Shown here: piece by piece, positions 18,911-30,016 of the stretch
Numbering within the stretch: the stretch's first letter is position 1
Layout: every line of letters starts with the position of its first letter
Origin: Gammaproteobacteria bacterium
GTDB lineage: Bacteria; Pseudomonadota; Gammaproteobacteria; JAADHQ01
Reading direction: 5' to 3'
Assembly: GCA_011052215.1 (NCBI GenBank)
Contig: DRJK01000167.1
Span: forward strand, 1 to 57,836
DNA length: 57,836 bases
The notes under the pieces: generated by a model
The model's input: the letters and a program-made list of their open reading frames with translations, nothing else
The model's database searches: none
Told to the model about the DNA's origin: nothing
Program-made: the position numbers and the translations under genes

Positions 18911-20667
18911 CGATACAAAGCAGGAAATTTGACACCCTGATAATTGGTGCCGGAGGGGGTGGACTGCGGGCCGCACTCCAGCTCGCCCGCGCTGATGCAA
19001 AGGTTGCGGTTGTGTCAAAGGTATTTCCGACCCGATCACACACCGTTGCGGCACAGGGTGGCGTGAATGCCGCCCTGGCCAATGTTTCACCGGATAACTG
19101 GCATTTTCACATGTTCGATACGGTCAAGGGAAGTGACTATCTCGGAGATCAGGATGCGATCGAGTACATGTGCCGTGCGGCACCAAAAGTGGTGTATGAG
19201 CTGGAACATTTCGGTGTTCCTTTTTCCAGGCGCGATGATGGCAATATCTATCAACGTGCCTTTGGTGGACAAAGCCAGGACTACGGCGGAGATCAGGCGT
19301 CCCGAACCTGTGCAGCAGCAGACAGAACCGGGCACGCCATCCTGCACTCGCTGTATCAACAGAATATTCGTGCCCGCACCCACTTCTTTGATGAATATTT
19401 TGCACTGGATCTGATCAAGGATGAGGACGGGTATATTCTGGGTGCGCTGACACTTGATATTGAATCAGGTGAGCCATTACTGATCGAAGCGAAGACGACA
19501 CTGATAGCAACCGGTGGTGCAGGGCAGCTATTTCGTACCTGCACGAATGCCCTGATCAATACCGGTGATGGTATGGCAATGGCATTACGCGCAGGTGTGC
19601 CGCTCCAGGATATGGAATTTTTCCAGTTTCACCCGACCGGAATAGCCGGCAAGGGCATGTTGATTACAGAAGGCGTGCGGGGTGAAGGGGGGTATCTGGT
19701 TAATGCAGATGGCGAGCGTTTTATGGAACGTTATGCCCCGCGAGCAAAAGATCTGGCGAGCAGGGATATTGTCAGTCGCGCCATATCAGTCGAGATCAGG
19801 GAAGGACGCGGTTGCGGCCCGAACAAGGATTTTGTTTACCTGAAGGTTGATCATATTGGTGCAGATGTTATCAAGAAACGTTTGCCGGGAATACGTGATC
19901 TTGCCATGACATTTGCGCATGTTGATCCTGTGGATAGCCCGATACCTGTCTATCCCACAGCGCATTATACGATGGGAGGCATACCCACCAATCGAAGCGG
20001 CCAGGTCGTCGTCCCCGAGATGGAAGGGCCGGAAGAACCGGTGCCTGGTTTGTATGCTGCCGGTGAGTGTGCCTGTGTTTCGGTGCATGGGGCCAACCGT
20101 CTGGGCGGTAACTCACTGCTGGATATTCTGGTGTTTGGCCGTGCGGCTGCCAATCATATTATTGGTCATTTGCAGGAGCATAGATACCACAGGCAAATGG
20201 ATAAAACCGCCATAGAAAAGGCATTGGCCCGCTTGAAAAGATGGGAAAAGACAGGCAGCGGTGAGTCCGTGCCGGAATTACGCACAGAGCTGAGAAAGGT
20301 GATGGAAGAACACTGTGGTGTATTCAGGGAACAGGCTGTATTAAGTACGGGTCTTGAAAAGGTCAAGCTTCTTAAAGAAAGGCTGCAGGGTGCCCGATTG
20401 AAAGACCAAAGCAAAATATTTAATACCGCACGTATCGAGGCCCTGGAGCTGGAGAATCTGATAGACATCGGTATTGCGACAGTTGCCTCTGCACTTGCTC
20501 GAACCGAGAGCAGGGGGGCGCATTCAAGGGTTGATTATACAGAGAGGGATGATGCCAGCTGGCTCAAGCATTCACTTTATTTCCATGATGGGCGGCTGGA
20601 TTACAAACCGGTCAGGTTAAAACCGGTGACCGTAGACCCGTTCCCGTTAAAACCAAGGGTTTACTGA
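18907..20667 (+). CDS. sdhA: Succinate dehydrogenase flavoprotein subunit
   Basis: ATG 18907 overlaps the sdhD stop (ATGA). 586 aa. FAD-binding [16 protein letters not shown], covalent-FAD histidine region [10 protein letters not shown], and HPTG. Confidence 0.97.
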   Translation: MTIQSRKFDTLIIGAGGGGLRAALQLARADAKVAVVSKVFPTRSHTVAAQGGVNAALANVSPDNWHFHMFDTVKGSDYLGDQDAIEYMCRAAPKVVYELEHFGVPFSRRDDGNIYQRAFGGQSQDYGGDQASRTCAAADRTGHAILHSLYQQNIRARTHFFDEYFALDLIKDEDGYILGALTLDIESGEPLLIEAKTTLIATGGAGQLFRTCTNALINTGDGMAMALRAGVPLQDMEFFQFHPTGIAGKGMLITEGVRGEGGYLVNADGERFMERYAPRAKDLASRDIVSRAISVEIREGRGCGPNKDFVYLKVDHIGADVIKKRLPGIRDLAMTFAHVDPVDSPIPVYPTAHYTMGGIPTNRSGQVVVPEMEGPEEPVPGLYAAGECACVSVHGANRLGGNSLLDILVFGRAAANHIIGHLQEHRYHRQMDKTAIEKALARLKRWEKTGSGESVPELRTELRKVMEEHCGVFREQAVLSTGLEKVKLLKERLQGARLKDQSKIFNTARIEALELENLIDIGIATVASALARTESRGAHSRVDYTERDDASWLKHSLYFHDGRLDYKPVRLKPVTVDPFPLKPRVY

Positions 20668-20675
20668 GGCCAATT

Positions 20676-21371
20676 ATGCGATTTTTGATTTATCGATACG
20701 ATCCTGACAAAGACGCAAAACCTTATATGCAGGAGTTGGAGCTGGAGACAATTCGAGAGGATATGATGCTGCTCGATGCCCTCCATGAACTTAAGGCGCT
20801 GGATGAAAGTTTGAGTTTTCGTCGTTCCTGCCAGGAAGGTGTCTGCGGTTCGGATGCAATGAATATTAATGGCAGAAACGGCCTGGCCTGCATTACACCA
20901 CTGGATGTCCTGAAAGAACCGGTAACATTAAGACCTGTACCGGGCCTGCCGGTTATTCGTGACCTGATAGTTGATATGACACAGTTTTATCAACAGTATC
21001 GTAATGTTAAGCCCTATCTGATCGTTCATGATCCCGAGCCCGAGATAGAACGTAAACAGACGCCGGAAGAACGTGATCGACTTGATGGCCTGTATGAGTG
21101 TATTTTATGCGGCTGTTGCTCAACATCGTGCCCGTCTTTCTGGTGGAACCCGGACAAATTTCTCGGGCCTGCGGCCTTGTTACAAGCGTGGCGTTTTCTG
21201 GCCGACAGTCGGGACCAGGCAGAGGAAGAGCGTCTGGAGGCCCTTGAAGGTCCATACCGGTTATTCAGATGTCATACAATCATGAATTGTGTGGATGTTT
21301 GTCCTAAAGGGCTGGATCCGACCAATGCGATAGGTAAAATCAAGCAGTTGATGATTAAACGATCGATATGA
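20676..21371 (+). CDS. sdhB: Succinate dehydrogenase iron-sulfur subunit
   Basis: 231 aa. Cluster motifs CQEGVCGSDAMNING, CILCGCCSTSCP and CHTIMNCVDVCPKG. Confidence 0.97.
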   Translation: MRFLIYRYDPDKDAKPYMQELELETIREDMMLLDALHELKALDESLSFRRSCQEGVCGSDAMNINGRNGLACITPLDVLKEPVTLRPVPGLPVIRDLIVDMTQFYQQYRNVKPYLIVHDPEPEIERKQTPEERDRLDGLYECILCGCCSTSCPSFWWNPDKFLGPAALLQAWRFLADSRDQAEEERLEALEGPYRLFRCHTIMNCVDVCPKGLDPTNAIGKIKQLMIKRSI

Positions 21372-21402
21372 TCAGCTGTCATGGCGTAAAGTAATCATTG
21401 TT

Positions 21403-21675
21403 ATGGTCGACAATAAGGGTATTGATTCACGGAGGAACAGGCTGCTCTGGAGTTGCAGGCGTGGTATGCTGGAGCTTGATTTATTATTAAATGACTTCAT
21501 ATTAAATAAGTATGAAGGTCTTGAACTGCACGACAGGCAGGCACTGGGTGCCTTGCTGGATTACCCCGACGCAGTTCTGTTTGATTTATTAATGGGTAAA
21601 TCCATTACAGCTGATCAGGAAATTGCCAGTGTCATCAAAAAAATACGGACGTCCGCTGCATCTGGAACCGCGTAG
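21403..21675 (+). CDS. sdhE: FAD assembly factor SdhE
   Basis: 90 aa. SdhE/YgfY signature RLLWSCRRGMLELDLLL. Confidence 0.9.
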   Translation: MVDNKGIDSRRNRLLWSCRRGMLELDLLLNDFILNKYEGLELHDRQALGALLDYPDAVLFDLLMGKSITADQEIASVIKKIRTSAASGTA

Positions 21676-22072
21676 TTCCCAATATTTTGCCATGGCATTA
21701 TTTGTCCTGCATGGCATGGCGCTGGTTGTTGCGACCAACCTGACCATACCTGGCTGGATGTCGATAGTGTTATCGGTTGTCGTATTGGCTAATTTCTATA
21801 CAACATTCAATATCCATATCCTTGGGCGTGGTCCAAATGCCATACTCAGCATGGTGTGGGACAATGACGGTGAATGGAAGGTCATCAACGGTCAGGGTGA
21901 AGAGCTGGAAGTCAGCCTGTTGCCCAGCAGTTATGTGCACCAGTACCTTGTTGTCCTTAACTTCCTGATAAATAAAGGTGGACGCAGAACGGCCATCCTG
22001 TTGCGTGATTCACTCGACCCCAAAACATTCCGTGAACTGCTGGTTCGCATGCGTATAGAGGCAGACTCCTAG
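21623..22072 (+). CDS. YgfX (CptA)-like inner membrane protein
   Basis: 149 aa from TTG, the only in-frame start upstream of the conserved N-terminal segment; it overlaps sdhE by 53 nt. Two TM helices (FAMALFVLHGMALVVATNL, WMSIVLSVVVLANFY). Sits immediately after sdhE, as E. coli ygfX does. Confidence 0.6.
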   Translation: MPVSSKKYGRPLHLEPRSSQYFAMALFVLHGMALVVATNLTIPGWMSIVLSVVVLANFYTTFNIHILGRGPNAILSMVWDNDGEWKVINGQGEELEVSLLPSSYVHQYLVVLNFLINKGGRRTAILLRDSLDPKTFRELLVRMRIEADS

Positions 22073-22148
22073 GTTTTTTCTAAAGCCATTTTGTAAATTT
22101 ATATTGTCAGGTAACGATGGCCATTGCCAGTCAAGTAACAGTACCGTG

Positions 22149-23756
22149 TTATTTTTTGCCCGGTATTAAAATGGTATTAACCGGCGGGTGGTTTGTATCC
22201 ATGTCAGGGTAATCCAGCGTGTAGTGCAAGCCACGGCTTTCCTGCCGTGTTTGTGCAGAGCGAATAATCAGGCTGGCAACCAGGGCCAGATTGCGAAGCT
22301 CTATCAGGTCATTGGTAATTCGGAAGTTACCATAATATTCATTGATTTCATGCAGCAGCAAGTCGATGCGGCTTTTGGCCCGTTGCAGACGTTTATTGGT
22401 CCGAACGATGCCGACATAGTCCCACATGAAACGTCGCAGTTCATCCCAGTTATGTGATACAACCACTTCTTCATCAGAGTCCGTGACCCGGCTTTCATCC
22501 CAGTCAGGCAGTTCAGGTAATGTGGCAATCTGGCGATACTTGTGGTTTATGTCTTCAGCAGCACTCGCAGCAAAGACCAGGCATTCCAGCAATGAGTTAC
22601 TGGCCATGCGATTGGCACCATGCAGGCCGGTAAAGGCCGTTTCACCAATGGCGTACAGTCCGTCTATATCTGTTTTCCCCGATATATCGGTCACGACACC
22701 CCCACAAGTGTAATGTGCGGCCGGAACGACCGGGACAGGTTGCAGGCTTAAATCATAACCAAATTCCAGGCAGCGTGAATAGATAGTAGGGAAGTGATGC
22801 TGGATGAATTCCTTTGGCTTATGCCTGATGTCCAGATAGACACATTCTGCCCCCAGGCGCTTCATTTCATGGTCAATGGCATGCGCAACAATATCACGTG
22901 ATGCAAGTTCTGCCCGTGGATCAAAATTCTGCATGAATTGAGTTCCATCAGGCAATAACAGCCTTGCGCCTTCGCCCCTGAGTGCTTCGGTGACCAGAAA
23001 AGACTTGGCATCGGGGTGATAGAGGCAAGTGGGATGAAACTGGTTGAATTCCATATTGGCAACCCGGCAGCCTGCACGCCAGGCCATGGCAATACCATCA
23101 CCCGTTGATGTGTCGGGGTTACTGGTGTACAGGTAGACCTTGCTCGCACCACCACAGGCTAAAACGACAAAAGGTGACTTGAAGACTTCTATTTTTTTGC
23201 TGTTACGATTCAGTACATAGGCACCATAGCAGTGGTTATCCTTCAACCCCAGCTTGTTCGCAGTGATGATGTCAATCGCAATGTGGTTTTCAAAAATCCG
23301 GATATTGTCCCGACCCCTGACCTGTTGTTCCAGTGTGTTTTCAATGGCCTTGCCGGTTGCATCCGCAGCATGGATGACCCGTCTGTGGCTATGGCCACCT
23401 TCCCGGGTCAGGTGATAACCGGAATCAGGATGGGCCGCATCAACGAGGGTAAAGGGGACGTTGTTATCAATCAGCCAATTGATGGCCTCCGGGCCTTTTT
23501 CAACGGTGTGCCTGACAATATCCGGATTACAAAGCCCGGCTCCGGCCTTCAGGGTGTCTTCGATATGGGAGTCAAAGGAATCACCGGAATCCATAACAGC
23601 TGCAACTCCACCCTGCGCATACAGACTGGAGCCGTCCGAAATCAGGGTTTTTGACAATATTGCAATGCGGATACCCCGGTCCAGTCGCAAGGCCATGCTC
23701 AAGCCGGCGGCACCACTACCGATGATCATGACATCAAAATGACGGGAATTACTCAT
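22149..23756 (-). CDS. nadB: L-aspartate oxidase
   Basis: 535 aa. FAD-binding [13 protein letters not shown], plus FHPT and RLGANS-like [12 protein letters not shown]. Divergent from rpoE, as in enterics and pseudomonads. Confidence 0.96.
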   Translation of the reverse strand: MSNSRHFDVMIIGSGAAGLSMALRLDRGIRIAILSKTLISDGSSLYAQGGVAAVMDSGDSFDSHIEDTLKAGAGLCNPDIVRHTVEKGPEAINWLIDNNVPFTLVDAAHPDSGYHLTREGGHSHRRVIHAADATGKAIENTLEQQVRGRDNIRIFENHIAIDIITANKLGLKDNHCYGAYVLNRNSKKIEVFKSPFVVLACGGASKVYLYTSNPDTSTGDGIAMAWRAGCRVANMEFNQFHPTCLYHPDAKSFLVTEALRGEGARLLLPDGTQFMQNFDPRAELASRDIVAHAIDHEMKRLGAECVYLDIRHKPKEFIQHHFPTIYSRCLEFGYDLSLQPVPVVPAAHYTCGGVVTDISGKTDIDGLYAIGETAFTGLHGANRMASNSLLECLVFAASAAEDINHKYRQIATLPELPDWDESRVTDSDEEVVVSHNWDELRRFMWDYVGIVRTNKRLQRAKSRIDLLLHEINEYYGNFRITNDLIELRNLALVASLIIRSAQTRQESRGLHYTLDYPDMDTNHPPVNTILIPGKK

Positions 23757-23850
23757 AGACAGCAGTTTGCCCTATACCAACACTATTATTCAACATATTG
23801 TTAAATGAACTCAAATAGTTGAAAATAGGTCAGCTATTCAAATATGCGTC

Positions 23851-23877
23851 GAACTTAGCGTATCCCGGGTTGTCTAC
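23851..23877 (+). promoter_or_regulatory. Putative sigma-E (sigma-24) dependent autoregulated promoter of rpoE
   Basis: GAACTT (23851..23856), a 16-nt spacer, then TCTAC (23873..23877), about 45 nt upstream of the rpoE ATG. Matches the GGAACTT-N16-TCTAA/TCTGA RpoE/AlgU consensus. Confidence 0.55.
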
Positions 23878-23922
23878 ATAACTGGCAGCCAGGGATGGGT
23901 GCTAATAAGGGGAAAGGCCCAG

Positions 23923-24498
23923 ATGGCCGGTAAAATTATTGATCAGGATCTGGTCAAACAGGTACAAAATGGAGACAAGCGAGCCTTTGATATTCTGGTG
24001 TTGAAATACCAGAGCAAAATTATCAGTCTTGTCAGTCGTTTTGTACATGATCCACATGAGGCACAGGACGTGACTCAGGAGGCATTTCTGAAGGCCTATC
24101 GGGCCCTGGGAAATTTTCGTGGAGACAGTGCCTTTTATACGTGGATTTACCGAATAGCCATCAATACAGCAAAGAATTATCTGGTTGCCCAGAACAGAAG
24201 GCCACCAGGTAGTGATATAGACGCCCAGGAGGCAGAACAGTTTATGGAATCAGGATCCTTACGTGAAAATGCAACACCGGAGCGCATGGCATTGACAGAA
24301 GAAATTCAGGCTACTGTCAACAGGGCCATAGAGGAATTACCGGAAGATTTACAAACCGCAATAATTCTGCGTGAAATTGAGGGCCTGAGTTATGAAGACA
24401 TTGCCAGCACCATGGAATGTCCGGTCGGGACGGTACGTTCGAGGATATTCAGGGCCCGTGAAGCTATCGATGAAAAGCTGAAACCATTACTGAAATAG
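23923..24498 (+). CDS. rpoE: RNA polymerase sigma-E factor (RpoE/AlgU)
   Basis: The ORF-track start 23899 is GTG. ATG 23923, preceded by AAGGGGA, gives 191 aa. Motifs AFDILVLKYQ, DVTQEAFLKAYRAL and YRIAINTAKNYL. Confidence 0.95.
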   Translation: MAGKIIDQDLVKQVQNGDKRAFDILVLKYQSKIISLVSRFVHDPHEAQDVTQEAFLKAYRALGNFRGDSAFYTWIYRIAINTAKNYLVAQNRRPPGSDIDAQEAEQFMESGSLRENATPERMALTEEIQATVNRAIEELPEDLQTAIILREIEGLSYEDIASTMECPVGTVRSRIFRAREAIDEKLKPLLK

Positions 24499-24567
24499 TT
24501 GATGGTTTGGTTAAACCAGAACAGGAATAATTTAATTACATTGGTATCAGAATACAGGTAAGCAGTA

Positions 24568-25125
24568 ATGAGTGAAAAACTGAAAGAGCAATTATCAGCG
24601 ATGCTGGATGATGAACTGGATGAACAGGAGTATGAACTGCTGATCCGCCGGCTAAAACAGGATCGGGATCTGCAGTCAATGTGGTCCAGATATCAGGTGG
24701 TCGGGGAAGTCATGCGGCAAAATCTGGTGAACACTGCACCAGCGGACCTGGCACATAAAATCAGCCAGCAGATAGACCATGAGCCTGAACTTGAAGCCAG
24801 TGATGGTATGCAGTCTCGTGGTGTGCGAATGTTGAAACCGGTTGCAGGTCTGGCCATTGCAGCATCAGTAGCCGCCATGGCCGTGGTGGGCATGCAGAAT
24901 GTGGCCTTAAACCAGAACCCGGATACATCTGTTCCAAGGCTGGTGCAGACGGAACATGTAAGCAACATCAGACGTGTATCCGGTACTCACTGGGATATGA
25001 AGCAGCCTGAAACAGAGATGCGATTGAATGGTTATCTGATGAATCACAGTGAATACACATCCAATATCAGCTTGCAGGGTATGATCAACTATGCACGTAT
25101 TGCGGGTTATGATTCACAACACTGA
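24568..25125 (+). CDS. rseA: Anti-sigma-E factor RseA/MucA
   Basis: 185 aa. N-terminal LSAMLDDELDEQE...WSRYQVVGEVMR and a central TM helix. Lies after rpoE. Confidence 0.88.
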   Translation: MSEKLKEQLSAMLDDELDEQEYELLIRRLKQDRDLQSMWSRYQVVGEVMRQNLVNTAPADLAHKISQQIDHEPELEASDGMQSRGVRMLKPVAGLAIAASVAAMAVVGMQNVALNQNPDTSVPRLVQTEHVSNIRRVSGTHWDMKQPETEMRLNGYLMNHSEYTSNISLQGMINYARIAGYDSQH

Positions 25126-25162
25126 TTTATGTCTCGTGTGAGGTGTCGGGGTAAGTAACAGA

Positions 25163-26140
25163 ATGGTTTACACAAGGCAGTTAATCATCTTTTGTATCGG
25201 GCTATTGTTGTCCGGTGCGGGTGTGACCGCACCCAATGATAATGACGCGCAAAAGTGGCTTGAGAAAATGTCACATGCAATCAAGTCACTTAATTATGAA
25301 GGCATCTTTGTCTATATACAGGATAAACAGATGGAGACCATGTCCATCACTCACAGCAATGATAATGGCAATGAGAAAGAACGTCTTTTGTCCCTGGCCG
25401 GTGCCCCCAGGGAAATCCTTAGAAACAACGATCGTCTCGTTTGCATCCTGCCAGACAGCAAATCTGTTGTAGTAGAAAAAAGCCGGCCGAAAAATTACCT
25501 TCCCGTGGGCTTGCAGAAGATTGCGAGTGACCTGAAAAAATATTACCGCTTCAATATGGTGGGTGAAGAACGCATGACGGGTAGAGAGGCGGTTGTTATT
25601 GAAATCAGCCCGAAAGATCCCTACCGTTATGGTTATCAATTGTGGATTGACAAGAAGACAGGGATGTTGCTGAAGTCTGATCTGGTCGATGATAAAGGCA
25701 ATCCTGTAGAGCAGGTCATGTTTACCCAGATCAGTTTTATGTCTTTTATCCCACAGAAAAAGCTTGAGCCAACCATCAGCTCGGAGGGGTATAAATGGTT
25801 TAAACAGGAGAAGCAGGAACAGAACCACGCGGAGAAAAGCCTCTGGTCTGTTACCAGGTTACCGAATGGATACATGATGGGTATGCATAACACACATGGG
25901 CTGCCAACCAGTCGAGTGCCAGTGGATCATCTGATGTTTACTGATGGTATTTCATCGGTGTCTGTCTATATCGAGAAAATGGAAAAAGACAAACCCATGA
26001 TGAAGGGTTTTTCGAGGATGGGTGCCGTCAATGCCTATACCACGGTTAACTCCAACCATTATATAACCGTAGTGGGTGAAGTGCCCAAGGCGGCAGTAAA
26101 AATGATTGGTGATTATGTACGCTATACACCAGGACGCTGA
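25163..26140 (+). CDS. rseB: Sigma-E regulatory protein RseB/MucB
   Basis: 325 aa with a signal peptide. MucB/RseB pattern (WLEKMSHAIKSLNYEGIFVY). Third gene of the operon. Confidence 0.88.
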   Translation: MVYTRQLIIFCIGLLLSGAGVTAPNDNDAQKWLEKMSHAIKSLNYEGIFVYIQDKQMETMSITHSNDNGNEKERLLSLAGAPREILRNNDRLVCILPDSKSVVVEKSRPKNYLPVGLQKIASDLKKYYRFNMVGEERMTGREAVVIEISPKDPYRYGYQLWIDKKTGMLLKSDLVDDKGNPVEQVMFTQISFMSFIPQKKLEPTISSEGYKWFKQEKQEQNHAEKSLWSVTRLPNGYMMGMHNTHGLPTSRVPVDHLMFTDGISSVSVYIEKMEKDKPMMKGFSRMGAVNAYTTVNSNHYITVVGEVPKAAVKMIGDYVRYTPGR

Positions 26141-26143
26141 TGG

Positions 26144-26593
26144 ATGATAGAAGAAGCAGCCCGAATTGTCAGGATTGAACAAAACTTTGCCTGGATAGAA
26201 ACCTCAGGTGGTAATGCCTGCGGTCATTGTTCTGCCAGTGCAGGTTGTGGAACGGCAACACTGCAAAAGTGGTTTAGCAGGAAGCCGAATATCCTGCGGG
26301 TAGAGAATTCAATCAATGCCGGAAAAGGAGACAGGGTCGTCATCGGTATACCTGAGCAGGCCCTTGTACTCGGTTCCTTTTTGATCTACATAGTGCCTTT
26401 GATATCCTTGATACTGGGAGCCATTCTGGGGGCAAAGCTGAACGAATGGCTTGCATGGGATCACAGGGATCTTGTCAGTATTCTGGCAGGCATTGCATTT
26501 TTTTCTGCCAGCCTTGTATTACTTAAAAAGTATCTGTTACAAGGGCGGCACCGGGTAGATATGCAGCCGGTTATATTAAGACTATCTCATTGA
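26144..26593 (+). CDS. rseC: RseC/MucC family protein
   Basis: 149 aa. Cysteine motif CGHCSASAGCG followed by two TM helices. Fourth gene of the operon. Confidence 0.85.
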   Translation: MIEEAARIVRIEQNFAWIETSGGNACGHCSASAGCGTATLQKWFSRKPNILRVENSINAGKGDRVVIGIPEQALVLGSFLIYIVPLISLILGAILGAKLNEWLAWDHRDLVSILAGIAFFSASLVLLKKYLLQGRHRVDMQPVILRLSH

Positions 26594-26776
26594 AAAAAAA
26601 GCCATATAAGTAAATTCCGGATACATTTTAATCCGACAGGCTTCTGGATTGAACACCCTGTTCCGCGCTATAATGCCCCCCGTTAAACTTTATTGATTAT
26701 CCTGAGTTTAAAGATTATCCAGAGTCGCTGTTTCTGGCGCGCTGTCAACATTACCGGTGCACGGATCAGGTAAATA

Positions 26777-27028
26777 ATGCCAGAAATATTAAAGGTTTAT
26801 GGGCGGATTGACTGCCATCTGTGTGAACATATGGTAGAACATCTGGGAATACTGAAATCCACTTATGAATTTGATCTGGAGGTAATTGATATTAGTGGTC
26901 AGCACGAGCTTGAGAAATTGTACGGGTCGAAAATTCCGGTACTGATGCTGGGAGATCAGGAAATCAGCCATTTTACTCTGGACGTGAACCGTTTTCGCAA
27001 CCTAATGAAAGAACAACATAATAAATAA
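26777..27028 (+). CDS. Glutaredoxin-like small thioredoxin-fold protein (DUF836-type)
   Basis: 83 aa. N-terminal beta-strand plus CHLC redox motif ([13 protein letters not shown]). Confidence 0.7.
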   Translation: MPEILKVYGRIDCHLCEHMVEHLGILKSTYEFDLEVIDISGQHELEKLYGSKIPVLMLGDQEISHFTLDVNRFRNLMKEQHNK

Positions 27029-27030
27029 CC

Positions 27031-28824
27031 ATGCAGACTACTCGAAATTTTTCCATTATTGCCCATATAGATCACGGCAAATCCACATTGGCAGACCGTT
27101 TTATCCAGATCTGTGGTGGTTTGAGTAATCGTGAAATGCAGGAGCAGGTTCTGGACTCCATGGATCTTGAGCGGGAACGAGGGATAACGATCAAGGCACA
27201 GAGCGTATCCCTGGCATACAAGGCAAAAGATGGAATTACCTATCAGCTTAACTTTATCGATACGCCCGGACATGTGGATTTTTCCTATGAAGTTTCACGG
27301 TCATTGGCGGCCTGTGAAGGTGCACTGCTTATAGTGGATGCATCTCAGGGTGTAGAGGCTCAAAGTGTGGCCAATTGTTATACGGCCATTGACCTGGGGC
27401 TGGAAGTTGTTCCCGTATTGAACAAGATCGATTTACCTGCAGCCGAACCTGATCGAGTCATCAATGAGATCGAGGAGATCATCGGTATTGAGGCCGGAGA
27501 TGCAATCAGGGTCAGTGCAAAAAGCGGCGTGGGCGTGGAAGATCTGCTTGAACAATTAATTGAAAGAATTCCACCGCCGCAAGGTGATATTGAAAAACCG
27601 CTTCAGGCGCTGATAATCGATTCATGGTTTGACAATTTTGTTGGCGTAATTTCGCTTGTACGAATTATTAATGGTCAAGTCAAGTCCGGGGAAAAGATCA
27701 AGGTAATGTCGACAGGGGGCGTATACCAGGTAGACCATGTAGGTGTATTCACACCAAAACGAACCAATAGTGACGGCTTATCGGCAGGTGATGTCGGCTT
27801 TCTTATCGCGGGTATCAAGGATGTGGATGGTGCCCCTGTCGGGGATACATTGACACTTTCCAGTAATCCAGCTGATAAGGCATTAGCCGGGTTCAAGAAA
27901 TTGCAGCCAAGGGTTTTTGCAGGACTCTTTCCGGTCAGCTCGGATGATTACGAAGACTTCAGGGAAGCTTTGCAGAAATTGAGGCTGAATGATTCTGCCT
28001 TGCAGTATGACCCGGAAACTTCAGATGCCCTGGGTTTTGGCTTCAGAATCGGTTTTCTGGGATTGTTGCACATGGAAATTGTCCAGGAACGGCTTGAACG
28101 TGAGTATAATCTTGACCTGATTACAACCGCCCCGACTGTAATCTATGAAATTCTGACGTCGAAAAATGAGATCCTGACTATCGAAAATCCGTCAAGTTTG
28201 CCTGCCATCAATCAAATAAGTGAAATTCGTGAACCTGTTATACAGGCCAATATCCTGGTACCGCAGGATTACGTCGGTGCAGTCATTACCTTGTGTATAG
28301 AAAAGCGAGGGGTGCAGAAAAACATGCAATACCTTGGTAAACAGGTATTGATAGAATACGAGATGCCGATGAGCGAGGTTGTGCTGGATTTTTTTGATCG
28401 TTTAAAGTCAGTAAGCAGGGGATATGCCTCTTTTGACTACCATTTTCTGAGATTTCAGCAAGCACCTCTGGTTAAACTGGATGTGCTGATAAACGGTGAA
28501 CGTGTAGATGCCCTGTCGATAATCATACACAGAGATCATAGCGTCAGAAGGGGCAGGGAGCTGGCAGAGAAGATGCGGGAAATAATACCCAGGCAAATGT
28601 TTGATGTTGCAATTCAGTCCGCGATCGGATCACAGATCATTGCCAGAACAACCGTAAAGGCATTGCGAAAAAATGTAACTGCGAAATGTTATGGTGGAGA
28701 TATTAGCAGAAAAAGGAAATTGCTCGAAAAGCAAAAGGCAGGAAAGAAAAGAATGAAGCAGGTAGGCAGGGTAGAAATACCCCAGGAAGCCTTTCTGGCA
28801 GTTTTAAAAATAGGTGACAAGTAA
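27031..28824 (+). CDS. lepA: Translation elongation factor 4
   Basis: 597 aa. G1 [23 protein letters not shown] and NKID. Confidence 0.97.
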   Translation: MQTTRNFSIIAHIDHGKSTLADRFIQICGGLSNREMQEQVLDSMDLERERGITIKAQSVSLAYKAKDGITYQLNFIDTPGHVDFSYEVSRSLAACEGALLIVDASQGVEAQSVANCYTAIDLGLEVVPVLNKIDLPAAEPDRVINEIEEIIGIEAGDAIRVSAKSGVGVEDLLEQLIERIPPPQGDIEKPLQALIIDSWFDNFVGVISLVRIINGQVKSGEKIKVMSTGGVYQVDHVGVFTPKRTNSDGLSAGDVGFLIAGIKDVDGAPVGDTLTLSSNPADKALAGFKKLQPRVFAGLFPVSSDDYEDFREALQKLRLNDSALQYDPETSDALGFGFRIGFLGLLHMEIVQERLEREYNLDLITTAPTVIYEILTSKNEILTIENPSSLPAINQISEIREPVIQANILVPQDYVGAVITLCIEKRGVQKNMQYLGKQVLIEYEMPMSEVVLDFFDRLKSVSRGYASFDYHFLRFQQAPLVKLDVLINGERVDALSIIIHRDHSVRRGRELAEKMREIIPRQMFDVAIQSAIGSQIIARTTVKALRKNVTAKCYGGDISRKRKLLEKQKAGKKRMKQVGRVEIPQEAFLAVLKIGDK

Positions 28825-28838
28825 ACCCAAGGTGCAAT

Positions 28839-29627
28839 ATGAATTTTGATTTTCCGACAATATTATTTCTGGCGACCCTGGTTACGGGGTTGATCTGGCT
28901 GGCTGACAGATTGATATGGAAGCCCAGGCGAAAAGAGGAACATGAACCTGTTGTTGTTGAGTATGCACGTTCATTTTTTCCAATAATACTGATTGTTCTT
29001 TTACTAAGATCATTCCTGTTTGAGCCATTTCGCATACCATCAGGCTCAATGATGCCAACATTGCTGGCAGGTGATTTTATACTGGTTAACAAATACACTT
29101 ATGGTATACGGCTGCCGGTTATTAACAAAAAAATTATTGATATCAATAATCCGCAGCGGGGCGATGTTGTTGTTTTCAGGTATCCGGCTGATCCGACTAC
29201 TGACTATATAAAAAGGCTAATCGGTGTTCCGGGCGATCGTATTGAATACATTAATAAAATGCTCTATATAAATGGAGAGAAGATGTCATACAAGCCCGCA
29301 GGCATATATGTGGGAAGTGGCTCGGGAATAGGCTATACAGGCACACAGGTTCGCATTGAAGACCTGGGTACTGTAAAGCACAAGATACTGGTCAAACCCG
29401 ACCAACTGGAGTATGCCTACCCCTGTATGAAAGAAGGCAATCTTTTTATAGTCCCGGAGGGGCATTATTTTGTGATGGGTGATAACAGGGATTACAGTAA
29501 TGACAGCCGGTTCTGGTGTTCAGTGCCAGATGAGAATCTTGTAGGAAAGGCATTTATGATCTGGATGCACTGGGACAGCAATGGCAACGGGCTGGACACA
29601 TCACGTATTGGAAACAGGATTAAATAA
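28839..29627 (+). CDS. lepB: Signal peptidase I
   Basis: 262 aa. Catalytic boxes SGSMMPTL, YIKRLIG and GDNRDYSNDSR. Confidence 0.96.
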   Translation: MNFDFPTILFLATLVTGLIWLADRLIWKPRRKEEHEPVVVEYARSFFPIILIVLLLRSFLFEPFRIPSGSMMPTLLAGDFILVNKYTYGIRLPVINKKIIDINNPQRGDVVVFRYPADPTTDYIKRLIGVPGDRIEYINKMLYINGEKMSYKPAGIYVGSGSGIGYTGTQVRIEDLGTVKHKILVKPDQLEYAYPCMKEGNLFIVPEGHYFVMGDNRDYSNDSRFWCSVPDENLVGKAFMIWMHWDSNGNGLDTSRIGNRIK

Positions 29628-29644
29628 CAGGCGTGGAGTTTGAT

Positions 29645-30016
29645 ATGAGAATTAATAAACAGACGGGCATGACTGGTATTGGTTGGGTCACGGTAGTGTT
29701 AATAATAGGTTTTTTTGCCTACCTGGGCCTCAAGATTGTCCCGATCCAGATCGAGGCCTACAAGGTTCGTTCTGCCCTTGAGCGACTGAACGAGGTTCCT
29801 CATATTACAAATATGACGAAAAAAGAAATAGTGAAACACCTTTTTAATCAGTTTAGTATCGAAGACATCGATAGCGTCAAGGCTGAAGATATAGGTTATT
29901 CCAAGGAAAAAGGAGTAGTGACAGTAACTATAGGATACGAGCACAGGATACAGTTTATCAAACCATATGATATTATTGGTGTGTTCAGGGAAAAAGTCAG
30001 GATTGTAGAACGTTGA
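29645..30016 (+). CDS. DUF4845-like small membrane protein
   Basis: The ORF-track GTG 29633 lies within a GGAG RBS. ATG 29645 gives 123 aa with one N-terminal TM helix. Occupies the conserved slot between lepB and rnc. Confidence 0.65.
   Translation: MRINKQTGMTGIGWVTVVLIIGFFAYLGLKIVPIQIEAYKVRSALERLNEVPHITNMTKKEIVKHLFNQFSIEDIDSVKAEDIGYSKEKGVVTVTIGYEHRIQFIKPYDIIGVFREKVRIVER

Noticed and set aside
26649-26674. TTGAAC ... TATAAT promoter-like pair upstream of the glutaredoxin-like / lepA genes.
   Set aside because: The spacing between the hexamers is only 14 nt, outside the functional 16-18 nt range. No better -35 element lies at the right distance.
26678-26695. CCCGTTAAACTTTATTGA, resembling the arm-A terminus of the MITE.
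   Set aside because: Only about 18 nt of similarity, and no partner end, hairpin or TSD. It may be a decayed solo terminus but could be chance, so it is not annotated as a copy.
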